A stretch of 63,246 bases of DNA, counting the filler. It is 4 parts of 4 records of this genome, joined end to end, with 100 filler letters (N's around TTAATTAATTAA, not from the genome) between each part and the next. Parts side by side here need not be neighbours in the genome. Positions count along the whole stretch, not along the records: positions 13,464 to 31,965 come from SRR31156797_4916; 3 more parts are not named here. One strand, 5' to 3'. Positions 20,017 to 30,000 of this stretch are shown one piece after another. The position numbers and the translations under genes are program-made. Numbering within the stretch: position 1 is the stretch's first letter; each line of letters starts with the position of its first letter. The notes under the pieces were generated by a model. It made no database searches. It saw only the letters and a list, made by a program, of their open reading frames with translations, and was not told the origin of the DNA.

Positions 20017-20796
20017 ATGAGCACTCAGATACCCCGCACATCGCGCCAAGACACCACTAGGAATAGCGACAAGATCATTCGTATCGAATCCATGAACAAA
20101 TGGTTTGGCGATTTTCAGGTACTCAAGGATATCAACCTTGAAGTGACAAAAGGCGAGAGAATAGTCATTTGCGGACCGTCCGGTTCCGGCAAGTCAACTA
20201 TGATTCGTTGTATCAACAGGCTTGAAAAGCATCAAGAGGGAAAAATCATTGTCAATGATATCGAGCTGACCAATGACATTAAAAATATAGAAAAAGTTCG
20301 TGCGGAAGTGGGCATGGTTTTTCAACATTTCAATCTTTTTCCTCACCTGACCATTCTTGAAAACCTGACCATAGGTCAGGTCTGGGTCCGAAAAACGGTA
20401 AGAAAAGAGGCAGAGGAACTGGCCATGCATTATCTTGAAAGGGTCCATATACCCGACCAGGCAAACAAGTACCCAGAACAGATTTCCGGTGGCCAGCAGC
20501 AAAGGGTTGCCATTGCCAGGAGCCTCTGCATGAAGCCTGAAATTCTGTTGTTTGACGAACCCACATCCGCTCTTGATCCTGAGATGATAAAAGAGGTCCT
20601 TGATGTCATGATAGAGCTGGCCGAAGAGGGGATGACCATGCTTGTGGTAACCCATGAAATGGGATTTGCCAAAACAGTGGCTCACAAGGTAATTTTCATG
20701 GATGAGGGACGGGTCGTCGAAATCAACGAACCCAATGCTTTTTTCAGCAACCCAAAGCATGAAAGGAGCAGGACGTTTCTCAGCCAGATCCTCTAA
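20017..20796 (+). CDS. aapP: Polar amino acid ABC transporter ATP-binding protein (AapP/BztD-like)
   Basis: [34 protein letters not shown] and [10 protein letters not shown] motifs. Confidence 0.9.
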   Translation: MSTQIPRTSRQDTTRNSDKIIRIESMNKWFGDFQVLKDINLEVTKGERIVICGPSGSGKSTMIRCINRLEKHQEGKIIVNDIELTNDIKNIEKVRAEVGMVFQHFNLFPHLTILENLTIGQVWVRKTVRKEAEELAMHYLERVHIPDQANKYPEQISGGQQQRVAIARSLCMKPEILLFDEPTSALDPEMIKEVLDVMIELAEEGMTMLVVTHEMGFAKTVAHKVIFMDEGRVVEINEPNAFFSNPKHERSRTFLSQIL

Positions 20797-21063
20797 GCCT
20801 TGCAACGCCTGATTTGAGCAAAAAAGACACAGGCTCCCTACAACCCTATCACCAGACCAAGCCCTGCATTCTTAATAGGCCATCTCAAACAGTGAGCCAC
20901 AAAAAACTTCGCGCAAGACATGAAGATTGGCATGCCAAAGGTCAGGAATATTAGTAGGTTAACAGGTTATGACTCCTACTACATTTCTAAGGGACAGCCG
21001 GATAGGGTATAAGCTTGATCATTACGCCTTTCAGTTCAGATCGCGATCTCCACATTTGTTGTG

Positions 21064-22665
21064 TTAAATAATCTTCATTATAATCAACGTTAAATCATCT
21101 TCACTGGCAACTCCTTCAGTAAAGAGTGAATGTGCAGCGAGAATTTCATTAAGAATCTTCTCCGCACTTTTCACAGCATTTTTTCTGACTATTTCTCTAA
21201 CTCGCTCTTTACCAAATATCTCTCCATGAATATTGGCAGCCTCCCAAATACCATCGGTTGACAAAACAATAATTTGATTGAGTCGAAGAGTATTAATGCA
21301 CTGTGTTTGATATGGAAAATCTTTGTCGATTCCCAATGCTATGCCAGGACCTTTCAGTTCTTTAAAAAGGTCACTAACAGGATCATATAAGAGAGCCGGA
21401 TCATGTCCAGCCCGTATCCATTTTAGCGTCTCTGTTTTTCTTTCAATGGTGAGGAGAAACAGTGTCATAAATCTTCCTGAATCTCCCACGTCATCTATCA
21501 GGTGCCTGTTTAACTTTCGAATATTATCTTCTAGGCTCTCGGATTGTGACGTTTGAACCCTAAGGCAGGCTCTTGCACTGGACATAAGCAGGGCTGAATC
21601 AACACCATGGCCACTAATGTCTCCAATTACCACTGATATGCTATCGTCATTAACTGGGCAGGGGAAATAATCAAAATAATCGCCACCAACTTCATCGCAG
21701 GGAAGGCTTATCCCTGCAATATCGAGTTTCGCTAAAGAAGGTGGAGTTGTCGGAAGCAACCCTTTTTGCACTTCAGCGGCTAGTTGTAGAGCCTTTTTGT
21801 GGGAAGAGATATCCGTGATAAATGCAACTGTCCCCATTATTTCATCATTATCTGAACGCAGAGCACTGGCATGAATTAGTACCGGTGTTTTTTTTCCACT
21901 ACTATCAATTATCTCACATTCTAGCTCGCGGGATTGGCTGGTTCCAGAATTGGAATTTTTGTAAAACCAATATTGAGGATTGATCTCTGATGCAATTTCA
22001 AGTGGCTCTCTACCCACCAGTTCAGATCGGGAACGCTTAACCATCTGTGTATAAGCGAAGTTGAGGTCTCTAATTCTAAAAGATTCATCCAATAGAATAA
22101 AGCCCTCGCCGGCTGTTTCAATGATTCGTCGATACTTCTCCTCGCTTCTCCGTAGTTTCTCTTCAGCTATCCTTTTCTCATGTACATCGATGACGATACC
22201 CTGGTGATACCTCAAACCGGTTTTTTCATCTTCATATATTGATGTACGATCCTCAATCCATCGAACTTCACCTTGGTTGGTTACAATTCGATAGTGCTGG
22301 CTGTAGGATTGAATACCCTGCTCAACAAATGATTGGATTTCTTGAAGCGTTCGTGGTGAATCTTCCGGGTAAACAAGATCTCTAAACATTATTTTATCGT
22401 TTAAGAAATCTTCAGCCTGGTAACCAAATCGCGAGATGTTTGGAGACACATACACCATTTTTCTCTTTTTAGGGTCATCGGCTGCTAGGCGCCGAAATAA
22501 TACAGCATTGCTATTGTCGATTATTAATTCCGCAAGCTGTAATTCCTGTGAACTTCTTTTCGACCCATCGTCTTGGATAATTGTCTTCTTTAATTGATCG
22601 AGTTCAAGACGTAATCGTTGGTTTTCCTCTGCTAATGAATTGAGTTCTGTGTCCAATGTATCCAT
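21064..22665 (-). CDS. PAS-PAS-PP2C (SpoIIE/RsbU-type) serine phosphatase
   Basis: N-terminal coiled coil, two PAS/PAC regions, VGGDYFD, GDISGHG, RAGH, TDGI.E and DDLT motifs. Confidence 0.92.
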   Translation of the reverse strand: MDTLDTELNSLAEENQRLRLELDQLKKTIIQDDGSKRSSQELQLAELIIDNSNAVLFRRLAADDPKKRKMVYVSPNISRFGYQAEDFLNDKIMFRDLVYPEDSPRTLQEIQSFVEQGIQSYSQHYRIVTNQGEVRWIEDRTSIYEDEKTGLRYHQGIVIDVHEKRIAEEKLRRSEEKYRRIIETAGEGFILLDESFRIRDLNFAYTQMVKRSRSELVGREPLEIASEINPQYWFYKNSNSGTSQSRELECEIIDSSGKKTPVLIHASALRSDNDEIMGTVAFITDISSHKKALQLAAEVQKGLLPTTPPSLAKLDIAGISLPCDEVGGDYFDYFPCPVNDDSISVVIGDISGHGVDSALLMSSARACLRVQTSQSESLEDNIRKLNRHLIDDVGDSGRFMTLFLLTIERKTETLKWIRAGHDPALLYDPVSDLFKELKGPGIALGIDKDFPYQTQCINTLRLNQIIVLSTDGIWEAANIHGEIFGKERVREIVRKNAVKSAEKILNEILAAHSLFTEGVASEDDLTLIIMKII

Positions 22666-22926
22666 ACCTCAGCTGATTGTTATGGAATCTTGAAAGAAGT
22701 ATTGTAGCAAAGTGTTACAAGCTCACCTCTGATTAACTTGTTAATGTCAGGGGGGAATTGTTTCCTTGTACGCCAAGAGGCCAACGAGCAATTAATCTAT
22801 TTACTTAGGGGATCCCTTTTCTTGTAAATATGTTGTCCACATAAAACCGGAGCAGAGTAAATTTTCTTTCATGCCAGCTAATGGTTCGTCTTTAGCGGTA
22901 ATAGTTGATTTACGTGGCAGTTTGTA

Positions 22927-22969
22927 AACAGCATACTTAACGACATCGAAAGTCGTAAAGTATGCTGTT
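22927..22969 (-). terminator. Long hairpin, probable terminator of the metal-binding protein gene
   Basis: AACAGCATACTTAACGAC / GTCGTAAAGTATGCTGTT, 17/18 inverted repeat. Confidence 0.6.
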
Positions 22970-22992
22970 GAATCAGCAGTAATGTCGAGTGA

Positions 22993-23484
22993 TTACATAC
23001 TGTGGTGCGGGTACATGAATTTCATTGAGTGTTCGGTTGCCTGGTCCTTAAAATGGCATGTAACATCCCAGTCTCCAGCCTCGTCAAAGGTGAAATTTGC
23101 TGCATACATACCGCCGCCAAAGTTTTTCAGTTCCCCTACCTGTTCTTTTCCTGATGGTGATACTGCTTTTATGTCCCCCGTAACCGCTTTCATTTTTTTG
23201 TTATCATGGGAAAAGGCTACCATTATGTGATGTGTTTTTCCCTCAGGGTCCTTCATCTTCATACTGGCAAGGCTCATGATTTGAAACGTCGCATGGATCC
23301 CACCGGCCATTTCTGCGTGCTTGAAATGCCCTGACTTCGCACCACTGTCATGGGTCATTGCAGAGTGATCCATTTTTTCCCCAGACATGTCATGACCGCC
23401 ATGATCCATTCCTTTCATTGCCCAGGCTGTTGTTGCAAACAGCAACAGTGCTGTAATAAGTATTGCTTTCTCTAGTCGTACCAT
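22993..23484 (-). CDS. Periplasmic His/Met-rich metal-binding protein (YtkA/FixH-like Ig fold)
   Basis: Signal peptide (AWA), MKGMDHGGHDMS...MDHSAMTH and Y.A.FTF..AG.W.V; divergent from cusC. Confidence 0.75.
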   Translation of the reverse strand: MVRLEKAILITALLLFATTAWAMKGMDHGGHDMSGEKMDHSAMTHDSGAKSGHFKHAEMAGGIHATFQIMSLASMKMKDPEGKTHHIMVAFSHDNKKMKAVTGDIKAVSPSGKEQVGELKNFGGGMYAANFTFDEAGDWDVTCHFKDQATEHSMKFMYPHHSM

Positions 23485-23850
23485 TATACATCTCCTTATA
23501 GATTGTTAGACCACGTTGTGGTATACTATACTAGTCACTTCCAGACAGGATACAATGGTTTTTATCTAAATGTAGCTCAACGTTATTCTATCATTTCAAA
23601 CTGTCTGGCTATTTCCCTGTATTTAGCACCTTTGGGGTTGGAATTAGAGATAGACAAAATACATGTCTCGGCTAGAGAACTAGCCGCCTGTTATTGCATG
23701 ACATTTAGTCTGGCATCCTTGCGCCCCTTGTTGCAAATATGGCCAAAAAATCACAGTCCTCTTGTATATGTACAGTTTACCATTAATTTAACTATAATAG
23801 ATAACAGGCTAGACGTTGGAAATGTCACAGAAAACACCTTTGAGGCTTCT

Positions 23851-25164
23851 ATGAGGACACTGAACGGTAAACGTACTGTAACGAGATCCCTTTTTTGCGC
23901 ACTTCTTTCCTTGATCATGTGGAGCAATGCACAGGCCGAGGAAATTGTTTTTAAAGCAACCACGCTCGAAGAATATCTCCACCAGGCTCAAGCAGCAAAT
24001 CCTGATTTGAAAACGTTTCAAGCACGATACGAAGCGGCCTTGCAGCGTGCCCCGCAGGTATCATCATTGCCGGATCCAATGTTGCAAGTCACCTACTTTG
24101 TAGAGTCCGTGCAAACACGAACCGGACCCCAGGAAAACATTTTCATGCTGAGCCAACGTTTTCCCTGGTTCGGGAAGTTAGGCAGTAAAGAGAATGTCGC
24201 CTCGGCAGAGGCAGAGGCACTTTGGTATGCCTATCAGAGCAGGCAATTGCTTTTGGCGCGAAAGGTGGCAACAAGCTATTTTGACTACGGATTTACTGGG
24301 AAGGCTATCGTCTTGACCAGCGAGAACCTTGAATGGTTAGCAGAGTTAGAGCCTATTGTAGAGGAAAATGTCAGGGGTGGTGGTGATATCAACGCGCTGT
24401 TGCGGCTCAAGGTTGAAGTCGGAAAAATTGCCGATAAATTGGCATCGCTGAAACAGAGAAGATTTGCTCAATCAGCCCAATTAAGCGAATTGCTTGCGGT
24501 GAATGGTGGCACGGTATTGCCATGGCCCCAATTAAAACCTCCAGAGGTCGTTGCTCTTGAAGCACAGCCATTGATTGACGCAGTTAAGCTCAACAATCCT
24601 GAGCTTAAAACTATTGAGCGTAAAATCCATAGTGCAGAGGCACGTCAGGAGATCGCCAGATTGGCGAGCTACCCTGACTTTACCGTTGGTGTCAATTACA
24701 TTCAAATCGGTGATCCTGAAGTTAACCCCAATACGCCGGATGCAGGTAATGACCCTTGGGGAGTGACCGCATCCATGAATATCCCTCTTTGGTTTGAAAA
24801 GAATGAAGCTGCTCGGGCCGAGGCTATGGCAGGTAAACGAGCGGTTATGCATGCATATGCAAATCGTGCAAATGCGTTAGAAGCGGATATGCGTTCCGCG
24901 CTGGCCCTTTTACACGATGCAAACCGTCGATTGGAACTCTATGGGGATGAGCTGCTGGGGTTGGCTGAGCAGGCAGTTGAAAACAGCCGAACCAGTTATG
25001 AAAGCGGACGAACCGGCATCCTGGAAGTTATTGACAGTGAACGCTCTCTCCTTGATTTGCAACTGCTCTCCTGGCGGGCGGCTACCGATGCATGGAAACA
25101 GCGGGTCATCATCCAAACCTTGGCCAATCAGCCGATACAAGGGGTCGCGAGTACGGAGAAATAA
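23851..25164 (+). CDS. cusC: Heavy-metal efflux outer membrane factor (TolC family)
   Basis: NPDL, LPDP.L, SQRFPWFGK, YPDF and SYESG; signal peptide from ATG 23851; leads cusBA. Confidence 0.88.
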   Translation: MRTLNGKRTVTRSLFCALLSLIMWSNAQAEEIVFKATTLEEYLHQAQAANPDLKTFQARYEAALQRAPQVSSLPDPMLQVTYFVESVQTRTGPQENIFMLSQRFPWFGKLGSKENVASAEAEALWYAYQSRQLLLARKVATSYFDYGFTGKAIVLTSENLEWLAELEPIVEENVRGGGDINALLRLKVEVGKIADKLASLKQRRFAQSAQLSELLAVNGGTVLPWPQLKPPEVVALEAQPLIDAVKLNNPELKTIERKIHSAEARQEIARLASYPDFTVGVNYIQIGDPEVNPNTPDAGNDPWGVTASMNIPLWFEKNEAARAEAMAGKRAVMHAYANRANALEADMRSALALLHDANRRLELYGDELLGLAEQAVENSRTSYESGRTGILEVIDSERSLLDLQLLSWRAATDAWKQRVIIQTLANQPIQGVASTEK

Positions 25165-25165
25165 G

Positions 25166-27085
25166 ATGAATAAAATAGCTGTAATTGTACTGTGTAGTGC
25201 TCTTTTTTTTGCTGGTCTTGGCTTAGGTCGTTACTTTCTTCATTCAACACCCGATCCTGAAAACAAGTCTTACATCCAGCTTGCATCAAGTGGAGAAACT
25301 GAAATCCAGGAGGCAACAATCTGGACCTGCTCTATGCACCCGCAGATACAGCAGTCAGAGCCAGGGAGTTGCCCTATCTGCGGCATGGATTTGATCCCTC
25401 TTGCAAAGGATAACAGCAATGATGACTCTCCCCGAACCATGAGTATGAGTGAGAGCTCTCGAGCGCTTGCTGATATCCAGACTACGCCAGTAATACGAGA
25501 GTATCCTGAGATGCAGGTCCGGTTGGTGGGGAAATTGGACTATGACGAAACCCGGGTGAAATCTCTTACGGCCAGGTTCCCTGCTCGGATCGATGAGTTG
25601 TATGTCAATTTTACCGGCGTAAAAGTACAAACAGGCGAACACCTGGCCAAGGTTTACAGCCCCGAACTCCTTATTGCTCAGCGTGAACTGCTGACTGCTT
25701 ATAAACGGGATCCTCAAAGTTCAATCACCCGTGCTGCTCGTGGAAAGCTTCGTCTTTGGGGCCTTTTACCGTACCAGGTTGACAGTATCATCAAAAAGGG
25801 AAAGGCCCGTGATCATTTTGTGCTGCGTGCGCCAATTGGAGGCGTCGTTGTATCCAAGAATGTCAAAGAGGGTGATTATGTTAAAATAGGCAGTCCCTTT
25901 TTCCGTATTGTCGATCTCACTGAGCTGTGGCTCAATCTTGACGCCTACGAATCAGATATCAACTGGCTCCGCTATGGACAGGAGGTTACATTTTCGGTGG
26001 AGGCCTTTCCTGGTGAACAATTTCATGGTCTGATTGCGTTTATTGAACCAGAGGTAGACAGTAAAACCCGTACTGTTTCTATCCGGGTTAATGTGCCTAA
26101 CGTTAACGGGCGACTCAAGCCGGGCATGTTTGTCCGTGGAAACGTTGCAGTTAAGATGGCAGAAGAAGGACAGGTTTACGCCCCTGAATTTGCCGGTAAA
26201 TGGATCAGTCCCATGCATCCGGAAGTTATTAAGGATGGGCCAGGGAAGTGTGATGTTTGCGGCATGGACCTTGTCCCAGCTGAAGAGCTTGGCTATGTGG
26301 AAAATGTAGACGTTGCCAAACCATTGGTAATTCCTGATTCTGCGGTCTTGCGCACAGGGAAACGGGCTGTCGTGTATGTAGCCCAAAAAGATTCCGAGCG
26401 GCCCACGTACCAGGGACGGGAAGTTGTTTTGGGAGCACGAGCAGGTAGTTCTTTTATCGTCAAAAGTGGTTTGGTTGAAGGTGACCGGGTGGTGAGCAAT
26501 GGTGCCTTCAAGATTGACAGTGCTCTCCAGATTCAGGCCAAACCAAGCATGATGAACCCTCAAGGGGGAGGGGCCGCCCCGGTACACGATCATGGCGATC
26601 CGGGTGTTACTGCAGCCACGGATCACACCCAGCATGAGGGAGCTTCAATGCTTGATGTTTCCGGCGATCTTGCCACCCTGCTGATCACACCCTACCTTAC
26701 GCTCCAGGCCGCCCTGGCTGCAGATAACCTGGATGCTGTCAAGGGAGCTCTTAAAGCAATGATGGAGGTTACCGGTCATTCTGGAAAATTACCTGAGCTG
26801 CTCCACACCATGCTTGCCGCTGAATCGCTGGATGATGTACGGCGGCCTCATTTTGAAACACTTTCCAATGCACTGATTGCCGCCGTCAAAGCAAGCCCTG
26901 CTTCTTTCACCAACGAGTTACTGATTATGCATTGCCCAATGGCTTTTGGTGATCGCGGAGCGGACTGGCTACAGATGTCCGAACCACTCCAAAATCCCTA
27001 TTTTGGAGCTGTTATGTTGACTTGCGGTGACGTTAAAGAACGGCTGATTCCACCTACAAATGGACACGACGAGCATGATCACTGA
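25166..27085 (+). CDS. cusB: Heavy-metal efflux RND periplasmic adaptor with two heavy-metal-binding domains and a C-terminal DUF3347-like domain
   Basis: WTCSMHPQI..PGSCPICGMDL, MHPEV..PGKCDVCGMDL, YSPELL.AQ.E, LKPGMF and HCPMA...W...NPYFG..ML.CG motifs. Confidence 0.92.
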   Translation: MNKIAVIVLCSALFFAGLGLGRYFLHSTPDPENKSYIQLASSGETEIQEATIWTCSMHPQIQQSEPGSCPICGMDLIPLAKDNSNDDSPRTMSMSESSRALADIQTTPVIREYPEMQVRLVGKLDYDETRVKSLTARFPARIDELYVNFTGVKVQTGEHLAKVYSPELLIAQRELLTAYKRDPQSSITRAARGKLRLWGLLPYQVDSIIKKGKARDHFVLRAPIGGVVVSKNVKEGDYVKIGSPFFRIVDLTELWLNLDAYESDINWLRYGQEVTFSVEAFPGEQFHGLIAFIEPEVDSKTRTVSIRVNVPNVNGRLKPGMFVRGNVAVKMAEEGQVYAPEFAGKWISPMHPEVIKDGPGKCDVCGMDLVPAEELGYVENVDVAKPLVIPDSAVLRTGKRAVVYVAQKDSERPTYQGREVVLGARAGSSFIVKSGLVEGDRVVSNGAFKIDSALQIQAKPSMMNPQGGGAAPVHDHGDPGVTAATDHTQHEGASMLDVSGDLATLLITPYLTLQAALAADNLDAVKGALKAMMEVTGHSGKLPELLHTMLAAESLDDVRRPHFETLSNALIAAVKASPASFTNELLIMHCPMAFGDRGADWLQMSEPLQNPYFGAVMLTCGDVKERLIPPTNGHDEHDH

Positions 27086-30000
27086 GCAATCATCCAATCC
27101 GATTAACAAGCTTATCCGTTTTTGTCTGGAAAACAAGCTTGTTGTAGTGCTGTTTACTGTTGTACTGGTCCTCTGGGGAATAATGGTAGCTCCCTTTGAC
27201 TGGGAATTTGAAACATTTCCACGTGACCCTGTACCGGTCGATGCGATCCCGGATATCGGCGAAAATCAGCAAATAGTATTTACCAAATGGATGGGCCGCT
27301 CACCCCAGGACATTGAGGACCAGATAACCTATCCATTAACAACTGCACTGCTTGGTCTCCCACAGGTGAAAACCATTCGCAGTTACTCGATGTTTGGTTT
27401 TTCTTCCATCTATATCATTTTCAAAGAAGACGTCGAGTTCTACTGGACGCGCAGTCGAATCCTGGAAAAGCTCAACAGTTTACCATCAGGGACATTGCCG
27501 CAGGCGGTTACGCCGCAATTAGGACCGGACGCCACCGCTCTTGGCCAGATTTTCTGGTATACTTTAGAAGGTATGGATGCCAACGGTAACCCCAGCGGAG
27601 GGTGGGATCTTGATGAGTTGCGCAGTACCCAGGACTGGTATGTTCGCTATGCCTTGCAAGGTGTCGATGGGGTGGCAGAAGTGGCATCCATTGGGGGGTT
27701 TGTAAAAGAATATCAGGTCGATGTCGACCCTGATGCCCTGCGCACGTACAACATTGCTTTGCATGAGGTTTTCAATGCTGTACGTGCGAGCAATCTTGAT
27801 GTCGGTGCCCGTACGATTGAGGTGAATCGTGCCGAGTATGTTATCCGCGGACTTGGATTCATTGAAAACCTTGATGATCTACGACAGACTGTTATTACCC
27901 AGCGCAACAATATTCCGGTAACCCTGGATCAAGTTGCCCAGGTTGCCTATGGGCCGGCCCTGCGACGGGGCGCTCTTGATAAGGCCGGCGCAGAGGCGGT
28001 TGGTGGAGTTGTCGTCACCCGATATGGTGAAAATCCGCTTGCGGTTATCAAGCGCCTAAAAGAGAAGATTGAAAAAATATCGCCTGGTCTGCCTAAAAAA
28101 ACACTGGAAGACGGTACTGTCAGCCAGGTTAAGATTGTACCATTTTACGACCGTACCGGTCTGATATACGAGACTTTGGGTACCCTGGAGGATGCCGTTC
28201 GGCAGCAGATTTTAGTAACGATTGTCGTGGTTGTTGTGATGGTTCTCCATTTACGCAGCGCTGCCTTAATTTCCGGCGTTCTTCCTCTTGCAGTACTCTT
28301 TTCCTTTATTGGCATGCGACTTTTCAAGGTCGATGCCAATGTTGTAGCTTTGTCAGGGATAGCTATTGCCATAGGTACGATTGTGGATATGGGAGTAGTG
28401 CTCACCGAAAATATCCTCAAACATCTTGATGATGCTGAGCCTAAAGAAAATCGGCTGGAGGTGATATACCGAGCCTGTACAGAAGTAGCTAGTGCTGTTG
28501 TTACGGCTGTGCTTACGACAGTTATCAGCTTTTTGCCTGTCTTTACCATGGAAGCTGCGGAAGGAAAACTGTTTCGTCCACTGGCGTATACAAAGACCTT
28601 TGCTCTTATTGGCTCGATAGTCGTTGCCCTAACTATTCTTCCCCCACTCGCTCACTGGCTTATTGCAGGTACACACAAGACACGATGGTCCAAAATCGGT
28701 CTTTGGGGAACGGTGGCTCTCTTGGGGCTTATTGGAATGGTTTTTATTTCATGGTTTCCATGGTGGCTTGGTGTCCTCATGATCATTGCTGCTGCTTTTC
28801 ATTTAGTCGACCAGCAGATCCCGCCGGGGGTACGCAGTGTCATCCTGTTGCTTTTTAATGGTATTGTTGCTGTATTGGTAGCCATATGGTTAGCCATTGA
28901 TTGGAAACCACTTGGACCGGAACAGCAATCCCACAATATGATATTTGTACTTGTTACCGTGGGTGGGCTGCTGACGTTTATTTATTTCTTTATCCATTTC
29001 TATGCAAAAATGCTGGCTGTCATTTTACGCTTCAAGACACTCTTCCTCCTCTTCAGCGGTACTATCGTAATTTTTGGGTTTATGGTGTGGCTTGGCACAG
29101 ACAGGGTGCTCGGGTGGATGCCGGAAATGGTGAAGAACTCCCGTCCTTACGTATCCTTGGCGCATAAGGTTCCTGGTTTGGGAAAGGAGTTTATGCCTGC
29201 ACTGGATGAAGGATCGTACCTCCTGATGCCCACCACCATGCCCCATGCCTCAATAGGTGAGGCCATGGATGTGTTACGTAAGCAAGACATGGCCATTAAT
29301 GCTATTCCCGAGGTTGAGCTGGCCGTAGGTAAACTTGGGCGGGTGGAAAGTCCGCTCGATCCTGCCCCTATTTCGATGATAGAGACAATTATCACCTATG
29401 CATCAGAATTTAAGACTGACAACGACGGCCGTATTCTGACATTTTCCTATGATGAAAAGGAAGAAGTTTTTCTCCGTGATGAGAGCGACAACTTGATTCT
29501 GGATAAAGCTGGCCGTCCTTTTCGTCAATGGCGCGATGAGATTAAAAGTCCAGACGACATCTGGGATTTGATAATTAGCGCAGCATCGATCCCTGGTACC
29601 ACGTCAGCACCGAAGTTGCAGCCAATTGCAGCCAGGATAGTGATGCTGCAAAGCGGAATGCGAGCTCCCATGGGACTGAAGGTGTATGGGCCGGATCTGG
29701 AAACAATCGAAAAGACAGCACTGAGAATTGAAAGCCTTCTCAAGCAGGTGCCTTCTATAAAGGCTGAAGCTGTCCTGGCAGACCGAATCGTCGGCAAACC
29801 TTACCTTGAGGTGGATATCAATCGAGAGGCCATAGCCCGTTACGGTATAAAGGTAAAAATGGTCCAGGATGTGATCGAGGTAGCCATAGGCGGCAAACCA
29901 ATCACCCAAACAGTAGAAGGGCGTGAACGCTACTCAGTACGCGTCCGCTATATGAGAGAACTCAGAGATACTATTGAATCTATCGCTAACATTCTGGTAG

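Noticed and set aside
20926-20937. TTGGCATGCCAA palindrome as a sigma54 site
   Set aside because: No GC at -12 spacing on either strand, and it lies between convergent gene ends
23515-23565. Possible CueR/MerR-type promoter (TTGTAT-N19-TATAGT with CTGGAAG) on the minus strand
   Set aside because: The dyad is too weak and misplaced relative to the CueR consensus to call
23503-23850. 116-aa N-terminal extension of the TolC-family ORF
   Set aside because: The signal peptide and RBS fit ATG 23851; the extension spans the divergent promoter region
24917-25165. N-terminal extension of cusB
   Set aside because: Overlaps cusC; the membrane anchor begins at ATG 25166 after GGAG
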